Shown here piece after piece: positions 21,900 to 33,200 of a DNA stretch of 64,000 bases. How positions within the stretch are numbered: the stretch's first letter is position 1; every line of letters starts with the position of its first letter. A model generated the notes under the pieces. The model saw only the letters and a program-made list of their open reading frames with translations, searched no databases and was not told where the DNA came from. The DNA comes from Lama guanicoe (taxonomy: Eukaryota), in contig MU053334.1 in assembly GCA_013239625.1 (NCBI GenBank), positions 755,190 through 819,189 on the forward strand, in the 5' to 3' direction. The position numbers and the translations under genes are program-made.

Positions 21900-23199
21900 C
21901 TGGGGGCCGTGAGGGAGGAGGTCAGGGCACCGCCAGGTACCTGCCACCTGCTGGCCGGCCCATCCCCGCTGCGGCAGTCCAGATGGAAAGGAGGGGCTGC
22001 TGCCACCCTGGTGCCTCGAGGGGGAGGCAAGCTCCCAGCTGAGGTTCACACCTGGACAGGTATAGATGCTGACAGCCACACAGGTGGACCCTCAGAGCTG
22101 GTAGGGCAGGGGACACTCACCCCCATGCAGCCTGCCCCACGCGCACTCACACCGTGAAGGTGACTGAGACGGGGGTAAAGGCAGTGGGGCGCCCCAGGAG
22201 GCGCACACAGGTGCCCGCAAGGGCAGGGGCACGTGGATGAGGCCTGGACGGGCTCCCAGGGCACCTGAGGGAAACAGGCTCTTCCTCAGGCATGTGTCGG
22301 TGGTTTTGAAGGTGGGGTGCCTTTGTGTCTGGGCTCCTTCCCTCCCCAGCTAGTGACTGGGAAACTGAGGACGCAGCAAGCCTTCCCTGCCCGCCCCATA
22401 AGGATTCAGGCAGCAGCCGGAGGCTGGGGCTCCACCTGCTCTCCCCGCCCGCAGTGCCCGCTGGGGCCCAGATGTTGAGTGGCTCCTGCGCAGAGAGCAG
22501 CTGATGCCCCCGCCCCCAAGCACACACAGCCCTTAAGCCAGCTGAGCTGCCAACCCTGGGCCAGATGATGTCACCAGCGGCCAATGGGAGGGCGCTCTGG
22601 CCGGGAGTCCTCGCTGGGGGTTATTAATCACCGGATTCCCCTCATTGGAGGCTGTGGGGAGCCTGTGCTGCCTCGGGGTGGGAGGCTCCCAGCTGGGTCC
22701 TCTCACGTCCCAGCCTGGCACGGGGCAGGGCCTGTGACCAGGACCCCTCCCTCAGCCTCCGGGCTGCCGGGCATGCCACCCCTCCCCCAGCGGAGGAGCC
22801 ACTGCCTTCCCAGGTCCCTGGCCCAGCGGCCCGACCCCAGCACTGGACTTCATACTCCTGGGGTGGGGGAGGCAGAGGCAGGGCTGTCTACTGCAGGCGA
22901 CTGAGCCATTCTTGGGGGCCACAGAGAGAATTCCTGGTCCTCCAGACTCCAGAGGGGAAAGAACGGGGGCTGAGAACACAGACTGCTTGTGTGAGCTCCT
23001 TGGCTACCCCTCCCATCCTCTTCCAAGTCCTCACAGCAGTCAGAGTGAGCCTGAGCCGGCTGCCTACCCCCCCGCCCACCCCCCCGCTGCCCCTCTGCCG
23101 CCTGCCCGCCCCTACCTGGCTGCCCCTGTGCAGGCCACACACGTCCCCTCATCCAGTGCCCCCAGAGCCCTCGCTGGGCCGCGCGGGGCGGGGCGGTAC

Positions 23200-23430
23200 C
23201 TGGCCGCGCACGGCGGGCTGGATCAGCTCGGCGATGGTCACCTTGCCCTGCTGCAGCCGCCGCTTCACCAGCTTGGAGCAGCAGATGTTGACGGAGCTGA
23301 GCACGTGCCCGCTGTTGTACTCCACGAAGGAGCGGCTGTCGATGACCAGCGGCCCCCCGGGCCCGCCCCGCAGCAGGCTGGCCAGTTTCCTGGCGTCCAT
23401 CACCTTCCGAGGGAGCCGGTCCCCGGCCAT
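23200..23430 (-). CDS. DUSP8: DUSP8 exon 2 coding part (whole exon 23200-23537): MAGDRLPRKVMDARKLASLLRGG...KLVKRRLQQGKVTIAELIQPAVRGQ, rhodanese/CH2 domain with MAPK docking motif
   Basis: ATG in GCCATGG context; acceptor ctccctgcag|G at 23537; donor CAG|GTACCG at 23200; 231 nt, phase 0. Confidence 0.97.
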
Positions 23431-24664
23431 GGCGTGGCAGTGGGCAGTGCGGAGGGGAGACCCCCAGAGCGAGCGGGGGCTGCTCCGAAGGCCAGGGTGT
23501 GGCCTAGGGTTCCAAGCGACCGGGCATGGCGCCAGACCTGCAGGGAGAGGCAGATGGTCAGCAGCGGGTGGGCACCGGGCCAGTGCCCCAGACGGGAGTG
23601 ACCTCAGAGGGGCCGGTGGTGGGGCTGACCCCAGGGCACCAGAGAATCTGGGCCTGATGTGTGCCTGTGGGGCCCCGCCCCCTCTGGGTGGTCAGCGTCC
23701 CTCTGGCTCCTCCATGGAGGTCGAGCTCCCTGACCCCTCAGCTCTTGAGCTGGAACCTGTGAAGTGTGCTCAGTGAGTGGCCATCCAGTTTCGCACCCTC
23801 CAGGTCACAGTGTCAGCCTCCAGCAGGACGCAGCAAGGCAGATGGGGGACTTACAGATGGAGGGGCCTTGGGGCCTGGGCTGGAGAGGTGGGATGAAGCC
23901 TGAGGGCCCCCTCCTCTGGGCCTTTGGGTCTACGGACCCTTACTTATTCCAGAACACTTCTTTCTGACCCTGTGGCTCCTGTCGCCTCATCCCTGGGAGG
24001 CAGACCCCTCCCCAGTCTGGCCTCCACGTCTTCTCAGTTCCCAGGACCCCAGGGCAAGACAGGGGTCCAGAACATGCCCCCCACCCTCCCTTGCTGCCAA
24101 GCCCTCCCCTCCCCGGCACACCCTTGCTTCCCAACCCCGCTCAGCCCCATGGCTCCAGAAGCCAGTTATCTGGATGGGGTGAGTGGGGGGTCTCCTGGAC
24201 GTGGTGGCCAGGGTGGGGCGCTGGAGGGGGTTCAAGAGTGGAGTTCTGCTCCTGGGTTCTGCAGGCCAAGACTTAGACACGCCACGGGCCAATGTCTGCC
24301 TCCTGCAGGGACATGACACGTGCTCACAGAACAGGGGTGACACATGGCCTAAGGTCCCAGGCACAGCAGTAGCCTGGGGTCTAGGGCACTCTTTTTGGGA
24401 CTGGTAGGTCCAGGGATGGGGTGTGGCAGGGGGCACCCAAGGTCGCTGTGGGTGGCCTGTATGTAGGACCCTCAGGCTCAGGGGTGCTTGGAAGGAGCAG
24501 GAGGTGGATGGGGTCATGGGGACTCCAGAGCCCTGGGCAGAAGCTCCCCCTACAATTTGGTGCCAAACCTCTGCCCCACCTGTTACCTGTCAGAACTGGC
24601 CTTCCTCTAGGCCCACTCAGGCCTCACAGCCCTCTCCCCCTGGAGGCATTTGGCATCGGGATGA

Positions 24665-24750
24665 TGAGTTTGCTTTAAAGATGGGGAAACTGAGGAGGGG
24701 GTGGGATCAACTCAAGGTCACATGAAGCAGACTGGACAGAACCCAGGGCC
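24665..24750. mobile_element. MIR core fragment
   Basis: agatggggaaactgagg...caaggtcaca...gaacccagg. Confidence 0.6.
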
Positions 24751-25715
24751 ACTCAGTCAGGGCCTTCCCTCGACCATATCCCCAGCCAGTGGGGGGGGGG
24801 CTGGGAGACGGCTGCCCCCCAGGGCACAGAGAAGACCCCCTCGGCGGGGCCCCAGCTGCAGGGGCAGAGGGTGTTGGTGTGAGGGGACGTGTCGCCCTTC
24901 AAGCAGCGCTGATGACACTGCCGCAGCTGCCCCATCCCTGGGCCGCCCTCTTGGGGGAGCTCCCTGGCTGGAACTCTGGGCTTCTCAGTGGTGGGGGGGG
25001 AGGCCTGGGGGTGCAGCTGGGGCTGCTCCCCACTCCACGCCAAGCAAGTCTGACAGCAACAGGGCCCACCTCATGGGGGGACCTGCCTGTGAGCCAAGGG
25101 GTCCCTGATTTGATTCCTGTACCAGCTTTTTCCAGAAGCTTCTCATGAGTTCTAACCCAAATCTTGTCAAGGCTGTGATGGGTCATGGCCACCAGGCCCC
25201 CTCCCACATGCGGCTCCTGCAGGCCTGGGCAGGGCCTCCCCACCTTGGATGTGGGACCAAGAGGCCAGTTCAGAGGCCCAGGGACTGGAGAGGGGTGAAG
25301 CAGGGTGGGGACACTGGGGGTCCAGAGGGTCCCAGCTGAGCCCCTGACCTCAGAATCTTCATCAGCCAGCTGGGGGCGACTCCCTTTCACCTGAAACAAT
25401 AGAAGCCAAACGGAATTTGGTGCAGGGAGGATGGAGGGGACTGGTAGGGAGAGGCCTTCACTCTGCCTGCAGCCGGCCTGCACTGGGTTACCGCCCCCGG
25501 GTCCTTCAACAACCAGAGAAGGGCTGGGGTGTGGAGGGGTGCCCACTCCGCAGAGGGGCATGGAGGCTGGGGAAGGGGTGGGCGGCTGGCTCCCAGGCCC
25601 AGTACCTGGGCCCAGCCCCCGCCTCCCAAGGAACCCTCCAGCTCGGCCCTATTAACCACTGTAGTATTGTTATTTGCAGCCGAGGGGGACTCATTAGCAA
25701 GTTGGCACCTCCACC

Positions 25716-25729
25716 GTCGCCATGGCAAC
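25716..25729. promoter_or_regulatory. RFX X-box in DUSP8 intron 1
   Basis: GTCGCCATGGCAAC, one mismatch from the palindrome GTTGCCATGGCAAC. Confidence 0.55.
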
Positions 25730-28700
25730 AGCAGAGGTGCCAGGCAACCGCTGCTCCTGCGGCAGCCGCTCAGAGCAGCTCACTCTGCAGAGCCAGGTCC
25801 CCTCCTCACTGGCTCCCACCCCTCCCTGGCACTGCAGGTGCCCAGTAGCTGAGCCTGGGACCACCCCCAGCCAGGCCACCCCTCTTCCCCCCCAACCCTC
25901 GACCCCCAGTCCCAAAGATCAGAGGGGTGGATGGATTCCTCCAGGCCCCTCCCTGTCTGCTCCACCTGGTCTTAACCCTTCTCACTGTGGGCACCCACGT
26001 GCACAGACTCATGCCCGGCAGCCCTCTCTCTCCCACCCCTAGGAGGCCTGGCCTGAAAGGCCGGGGTCTGGCTGGAGGGCCTCTCCTGCAGACCTGTGGC
26101 ACTCAGCTGGCTTTCTGGGAGTGCACCCTCATCCACAGGGCCTCCCTGGGCCTGGAGCTCCTGGGGGGCAGACCCCTCACCTCCCGAAAGTGCAACAGAG
26201 ATCGGGGCTCAGAGCTGGGCACTGGGGGGCGGCTGGAGAAAGTCGGGACAGCCTTGGGGACACCAGGTGGGCAGAGAGGAAAGAGACTGTAGGGCGTGGG
26301 CCACCCCCCTTTCAAGGACCCACCCCAGGCTCAACCGAGACCCCTTCCCTGGGAGCTGAGGGGGAGAACATCCAGAGCCTGGGGCGGGTGGGAGGGAGGA
26401 ACAGCCCTGCTTGCCCCAACCAAGGGGACAGCAGTACCCAGTCCAGAAGCAGAAGGAAGGCCCTCCCCTCCCTGCCCTGGCTGGGCGTGGCCTGGGAAGC
26501 CACAGGCAGCCCCCCTTTCCCTGGGGAGGCCAGGTACCCGGGCTGCCTGGCCCCTGTGCGGTGGGCAGGTCAGACATGCCCCTTTGCACACTGACCGCAC
26601 GCGGGACCTCGTACTTACCCCATTCCCACAATGCACCCCACTCCTGTGCGCACTGTCTCACGTGACAACACGTGTGCACGTTCACGTGGTCGCTGGATGC
26701 ACACATCCCCACCTTCTCCATGCCAAGCACCCCAAGCTCCAGGAAGCCCAAGCCCCAGTGCCAGCTACAGCACCTCCTTGCACCATCGGCTGCGGCGGCC
26801 TGCACTTGGCACATCCCTGTCCCTGAGCACATGTGTGACCAGAAAGCTCCCAATTCAGGGCAGCCTCATCAGATTCTACTCAGAGTCTAGGGAACGCACG
26901 CCCCCAGGGCGCAGACAGCAACTGCAGCTCTCACGCAGACGGCGACTCCGGCCCGAGTGGTGCCTGGTACACACAGGCAGGCCTTCAGGAAGAGCTGCCA
27001 GTGGAGGGACCCACAGTGCTGAGACGTCCAGCTCACTCTGACCCAGGCAGGGGCTTTGGAGGCAGAAACTGCTACACTGAGGAGGCCAGGAGAGACTGTG
27101 AGGGGGTGACCTCCAGGAGTCAGGGGGCCCGAGTGCTCACCCTCAACTGCTGTCATCAGGGACCCCCAAATGTTCTTGCCCCTGCTCTCCCCCCGCCCCG
27201 TACTGGCCCTAGTTCTCGGGGATGTGTGGCACGGGACCCAAGCTGGCCTTCACTTTGTCCTGGATGAACTTGGCAACACCAAGCAGAACCAGCCTAGTAT
27301 GGGGAGGCAGTGGGCTTGGGAGACAGTGAGGTAAGGCTCCTGCCCTGCCCAGGGGTCTGGGCTGAGCCTGGGCTAGGGGGGCTTGGCACGTGGGTCCTTA
27401 AAAGGGCAGGCCCAGGACCCTACACATGGAGATCTCCTGTTTCTGCCTGGCTTGTTCTAGCCCCACTGATGTGCAGAACTTCCACTGGTCACTGTCCCCC
27501 ATGCTACACACCTGGGCCAGCGTCTACCGGTCATTGTCCCAAGGGGTTCAGGCAGAGGTGGCTCAGCCTGTGCAGTCCTGATGGCCAGAGTCTGAGCTAC
27601 GTCTCTCTGGCAGTGGGTTTGGCTGCCTCCACTCCTTTCCCTCCGAGCTGCATGTCTAGGAGCCGAGCGGACACCCTCTGGCTTCCTCTGGCCCTGGCCC
27701 ATGGCCCCACGAGCTCTGTCTGGTTGAAACCTCTGGGCCCTGAGGTCGGCCTCAGCCTGAGGGGTGAGGCGATGCTGGGAAGGGTCCTGGAGCAGATGAC
27801 TCCTGCATCTCTGTTCCTGGGAACCCACTCTTCCCAGAGGCAGCCTCTGGGGCCCAGGCGCCTTTCCAGGGGCCAAGGGCAGCAGGGGACTAGAACTGCC
27901 CAGCAACTCTCCTGAGGGCCGCAGGCGGCCTACAGCAGGAGGCATTTCAGTCAGACTTCAGGACGAACTCCCAGCTCCTGGTCGCACGGTCTGGCCATCT
28001 TTGGCAGGTGCTTATCAACTATCTGCGGAGCAAAGGAACATCTGTCCTCCCTGAGCAGGACAGGGACACTGGAAGCTACCCTCATTCCCTGGGCTGTGCT
28101 GGGAGCAAGGAGTTCTGAGGGAGTCGACGAGGAGCGCATGGACCCTCAGACCATTGTGGACCCCTGGGAGCAGGGGCACAGGGCAGGAAGAACACTGCTT
28201 CCGTGGCCTGCAACATCCCCACCCCCACCCCAAGCAGCACAGGAACACGGCAGACGCCGCACTAGATCCGGCCACCTCTCTCCTCCACCCGACAAAGTAG
28301 CCCCAACATTGCAGCACCCAGGCCCCAACACCCCCATTTCAGAAGCCAGTACAATTTTGCAGCAGGAAGTCAGAAGTCAATTCTCCCAGAAGGGATGACC
28401 TGGTGGCGGCTGGGCCCATTGTCACCCCCTCCCCTTCAGGCTGGACCAGTAGGTACCCTCCACCCCTAGGTGGGCGGATAGGCTTTAGGGGGCTGGGTAC
28501 ACTCGGCCTGGCGGTGCCAACCCCTCCCCCAGCACCCGCCGCGGCTTCTGCAGCAGGCTGGCGGATGGTCTTTATTCCTCAGAGACCAGCTGAGCACCCC
28601 GACGTGGGGGTGCGCTTCGCAGCTTGGCTAGACAGGGGAGATGGCTCCGCAGTCCTTCCCCACCGGACACAGAATGAGCCCTTTCCTGAGGCTCCCGCGG

Positions 28701-28849
28701 GCCAAGGCCTCCGCATCTCCCCGCCGGGCCCGGGGAACGGACAATTTCCTCCAATTCCGGGGCCCAGCGTGGTGCCGTTCGGGGACGTCTGGGGCTCGGG
28801 AAGGGGCTAGGACAGATTCAAGCTGGATCTCAAACGGCCCTTCTCGTTC

Positions 28850-30060
28850 TTAATTCGTGCCCCTCCCCCACCAAATTAAGAAAGCACTGCAAGAGAAAAG
28901 CGGCGAAGCCGTGGCCGGGTGTGGGCTGGGCCGGGGTCCGCAGGGCGATGCGGGAGGCGGGGGAAGAGCTTATCGGTCCGGTCAGTAGCGTCCCTGCGTG
29001 AGGGGTTAGGGGCCCGCGGGCCGGCACCGCTCACCTCGAGGCCGCCTCCTCCTCCCGGGTGCCCGCCGGGCGCAGCCCCCGAGCGCTCCTGATGCGGCGC
29101 CCACCTAGCCGGGCGCAAGGGCTCCGCGCCGGTTAACCCCCACTCCGCCGGCGCCCCGCGCGCCCCCCGCCCCGCTCACCTCGCTCACGCTCGCCTCCCG
29201 GGCGCACAGGGGACCTGAGCCGCGCTCAGCGCGCCCACTCCTCCGCGCCGCCCATGGGCCCGGCGGGGACCCGCTCAGCTGGGGCCGGGGTCGGGGGAGC
29301 GTGCGGGCCGCGTCGCCGCCGCCGCCGCCGCCGAGCTCTCGCGGCGCGCATCCCACCCCGCGGCTCGGCGGGCGCGGCCGGTGCGACTCCGGCTCGGGCT
29401 CGGGCTCGGGCTCCGGCTCCGGCGTCCGGCAAGGGGGGGCGGGGGGTGAGCCGCGGAGCCGGCTCGGCAGCCGAGCTCGGCCGCGAGTGACAGGCCCGGG
29501 GCGGAGGGCGGGGCCGCCGGCGGGGATGAGGTCATGCCGAGCGAAAAAAGCCCCTGACGTCACCTGCAGCCAATCAACGCGCACGGCTCCGGGGCAGGTG
29601 ACGTCAGCCGGAGCCCGGGCTTCGGGTGCTGATTAGAGGCGGCGGCCGCCAGAGCCAGGGGCGGGCGAGGTAGGGTAGGGGGAGCCGGGCTCAGCGCCGC
29701 CGCCCTGCGCCCTCGGCCCTCAGCCCTCAGCCCTCAGCCCTCACCGGCTCTTAAAGGGGCCGCAAGGCGTTGGGACGTGCCTGAAGCCCGCCTCCGGGAA
29801 GCCCTCCCAGCCCCAGCGCTCGGCCCCACAAAGGGACTCCCCCCTCAGCTTCGCTGCACACACACCCGCAGAGGGTCCGCCTGACCCGGCCCCGAGCGCG
29901 AAGGTCCTCTCCCCGCCGGCCTGGCCGGAGTTGGCCTCCCCTCTTGCGCCCCACAGCCTTTGTTCGTGCGGGGCCTGCCTCCGGGAGAGCCTTCGCTAGC
30001 CGGGGGCCCGGCGCGAGCGCGCACCGCGAGCCCGGCTCTGCGCCGCGCTTTACCTGCGGC
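28850..30060. promoter_or_regulatory. DUSP8 promoter CpG island: two palindromic CREs (29555-29562, 29599-29606), CCAAT (29570-29574), TGAGGTCA (29527-29534), GC boxes
   Basis: Very high CpG density; motifs read directly. Confidence 0.9.
29180..29490 (-). other. DUSP8: DUSP8 exon 1 (5' UTR, in CpG island)
   Basis: Donor GAG|GTGAGC at 29180/29179, just downstream of the CRE/CCAAT/GC-box promoter. A second identical donor lies at 29035. 5' end inferred. Confidence 0.65.
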
Positions 30061-31246
30061 ATCTGCGCTTACCCTCTCCACGACCCCTGGAGGTGGGAGC
30101 CTGGGTCTGCACTTTACTTGGAAGGAAATTAAAAGCTCAGAGGAGAGATGGTTTGCCTCAGGTCGCACATCTCAGGAAGTCTGGAGGAGGGAGTCCCCTG
30201 TGCAGTGGTGTCCCCCAGCCCCACCCATGACCCCCAGCCTTTGTCGCGTCCAGTGAAAAGCCGCCCCTAAGCAGCGCTCAAGGTGACCCATCCTGATCAT
30301 GCGACCCCTAACCCCATAAAGGCAGTTGAGGGACCGCCCCCAGCTGGCCGCTGTTGAAACACAACCATTTGGCTGCTTGGATGCTGGCTGTCCAGCGCGG
30401 GAGCAAACATAGGTAATTACACCTTGGGCAAGCGTCCGGTGGAAGCACACTGGAGCGGGTGAACGTCCCAGAGGCCACCCCAGGATGGGACATGCAAGCC
30501 GTGACTGGAAGCCAAGGCAGCGCCCTGGTGCAGAAGGGACCACCCTGGGCAGGACAGGTCTTGTCCCTCCACCAGGAGGTCAGGGTGCTGGAGTCACTAA
30601 GGGGGAGCCGGGAGAGGTGTGACAGGGCACTCTGTCTGGGGTCCACCCTCACGGCAGGTGTTTACTGAGAACCTGTGCCGGGCACTGGGGACTTAACTCT
30701 GAGAAAGGAAACAAAGACCCTTGCCGAGGGAGCCAAGGAGCCCTGAGAGCCTTTGAAGGTAATTATTTTGGGGGGAGGTGTGACCAGACAGCCTAGACAT
30801 TCCTAAAACCACTCCTCCCACCCCGGGCTGCCTGGTGGAGAGTGAGGGCCGTTTCTCCTCCAGCCTGGAGCCCCCAGCCATCACAGGGCTCCCAGGGCCA
30901 ACCTGGGCTCTGAGGGAGGCTTTGGCCCCCAGGAAGTGCAGCCCCTTCCCATGTAGGGTGGGATCTGGGAGGCCATAGCAGTTTGAATGAAGGATCCTAT
31001 TGCAGGGGGCTGTGTCCTGTACCCTCCTGGGCTAGGTGGGCACTCAGGACCCCAGAACTCAGAGTTGTAGTGGGAGAGGGCAGCAGGCAGCAGGTGGATG
31101 CTAGGCAGGGCTCCGGAGGGCCCTCTGACTTCCCGTGCTTGGTTCTCCTGACCTCCTGCCCAAGAACTTTGCACGCAGTAGGTGCTTACTAAGTGCTTGG
31201 CCCACTCCCTTGCTAGCTTGAGGAGTGCCCAAGTAGTTGTATCTGG

Positions 31247-31269
31247 TGTGTGTGTGTGTGTGTGTGTGT
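31247..31269. repeat. (GT)n microsatellite
   Basis: Direct reading. Confidence 0.9.
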
Positions 31270-32199
31270 CTTGCAGGGGGAGGAGTGTGTTCCTGGCTCA
31301 GAGCCAGCACCTAGGATAACAAATATTACTGGGGTGGAGGAGGGTGGGGAGTGGGGCTGTCCTGGAAGAAAGCACTGGTAACCTAGGGGTTATTTGTGTC
31401 AGGCTGGGTTCAGGTCCTTCCTCTTTCCTACCCCAGGCTGGGCCTCAAAGGAGGAAAGGCCTGCTGAGGAGAGAGGCCCTGGATAGAGGTGGTCCCTGAG
31501 CTCGGGGAGATGCCCAGCCCTGATACATGGCCAGGTCAGGTCAGCGATGGAGTGTGCGGTGTGGTGGGGCTCACTCCATGTCTGAAAAGTGGGGAGGCTG
31601 GGTCCTGGGAGGGTGAGGAGGATTCAGGTGGAGCCTCGCTGCGGTCCTGGTGGCGGGAGCAGGTACTTGAGGCCCTTGGGGAAGCAAGGACAGACCCCCA
31701 AAGGGCCTGGGACCCATAGGAGTGGGAGGATGCAGGCACTGTCCCCTGGGCTGGGAGGATGCTCAGCTCAGTTTGCCCCCCTGCCAGGCCCAGGATGAGC
31801 CCAGTAGAGAGAAGGAAGACAGACCGCCCAAGTGGGCTCTTCTGCTCAGCCTAGATGTGGTCAGTGCCTGCATGTGGCCCCCCGGGCAACTCCCAGCTCC
31901 AGGCCTGAGCAGGGACAGTAAGCTGAGAGGAGGGGTTGGTGTCCTTGTGCCTCTTCTGGGAGAGTGGGGGTGGCATGCAGTACGCCCCACCCCCCGCCCC
32001 ACTGTGTCTGGGCAGCGGAATTTGGGCCATGATTATTTTATTCCTCTGAGAGTCACTTCTCCTGCAAATAAGCATTTAAAGCCTGGGGTTCTGCAAGGAT
32101 GGGGCGGAGGGGGGCGTGGTACCTCCTCTGGAGAGGACAGTGACTGCCAAGGCGACCAACTCTGGCCCTGGGTTCTTTGCAGCCCCAGACCCCGCCAAC

Positions 32200-32580
32200 T
32201 CAGCGCGGCGTCCCCACCTCCCAGGGGCACGGGCGGCTTGGGGAGCGGGCTGCGCGTGGAAGGGACACCTCGCGGCGGTGACTGTTCCCCCGGGGCCCAG
32301 CCTCAGGCTGGGGAGGCCGTGCGGGGCGGGGCCAGCTCCAGGCCTGGTAGGCGCTCGAGGGCGCCCGGCCCGCGCGTGCGGATGCCGCCTCGGGGTCTCC
32401 GCGGTGGAGCAGGGCCCCGCGCAGGGACCGGGAGGCACCGTGGCCGCGCGTGGGGCGGGCCACGCCGGACCTTCGCGATCGCTGCGCGCAGCCCTCGGCA
32501 GGACCCGCGCCTACAGCGGCCAGGTCGGAGTGCGGCTGCCCGGGAGGTCCGTGCGCGCCCCCTGCCGGCCACGTGCGTTC
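32200..32580. other. Orphan CpG island
   Basis: Abrupt CpG-dense 380 bp with no recognisable gene start. Confidence 0.65.
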
Positions 32581-33200
32581 TTTTCTTTCTTTTTCCGTTG
32601 AAGTTAATTTACAACGTTGTGGTAATTTCTGATGTACTACGTAGTGATTCAGTTGTACGTATATCCACGTTTTCACATTATTTTCCATCGTAGGATATTA
32701 TGAGATATTGAATACAGTTTCGTGAGCTATATATACAGTAGGACCTTGTTTATTTTATATGTGGTAGTCTCTGCAATTTTATTTTTAAATTTTATTTATT
32801 TATTTTTAGTTTTATATTTTTTGAAGGGGGAGGTAACTAGGTTTATTTATTTTTAGAAGCGGCACTGGGGATTGAACCCAAGACCCTGTGTATGCTAAGC
32901 ATGAACTCTACCATTTGAGCTATGCCCTCCCCCCCAGTATCTGCAAATTTCAAACTCCCAGTTTATCCCTTCCCACCCCCTTCCCCGCTGGTCGCCGTAA
33001 GTTTGTTTTCTGTTTGTGAGCCTATCTCTGTTTTGTAAATAAGTTCATTTGTGTCATTTTTTAAAGATTCCACATATGAGTGGTATCATATGTTTTTCTT
33101 TCTCTTTCTGGCTTACTTCACTTAGAATGATGATCTCCAGGTCCACCCATGTTGCTGCAAAGGGCATTATTTCATTCTTTTTTATGGCTGAGTACTATTC
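32579..33200 (-). mobile_element. LINE-1 3' end interrupted by a SINE
   Basis: Same L1 3' UTR family as 8846-9480; resumes after the SINE at agtatctgcaaa. Confidence 0.8.
32780..32936 (-). mobile_element. tRNA-derived SINE (Vic-1-like) inserted in L1
   Basis: Minus strand GGGGAGGGCATAGCTCAAATGGTAGAG (A box)...GGGTTCAATCCCC (B box), A-rich tail; candidate TSD agt(c/a)tctgcaa on both sides. Confidence 0.85.

Larger units (their letters stand above)
12480..29490 (-). other. DUSP8: DUSP8 gene locus (dual specificity phosphatase 8 / hVH-5 / M3/6): non-coding exon 1 plus 6 coding exons
   Basis: Coding exons 2-6 (231+139+167+160+124 nt) join in frame through canonical GT-AG junctions and encode the rhodanese/KIM and DSP catalytic domains. 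TSS and poly(A) ends are approximate. Confidence 0.97.
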
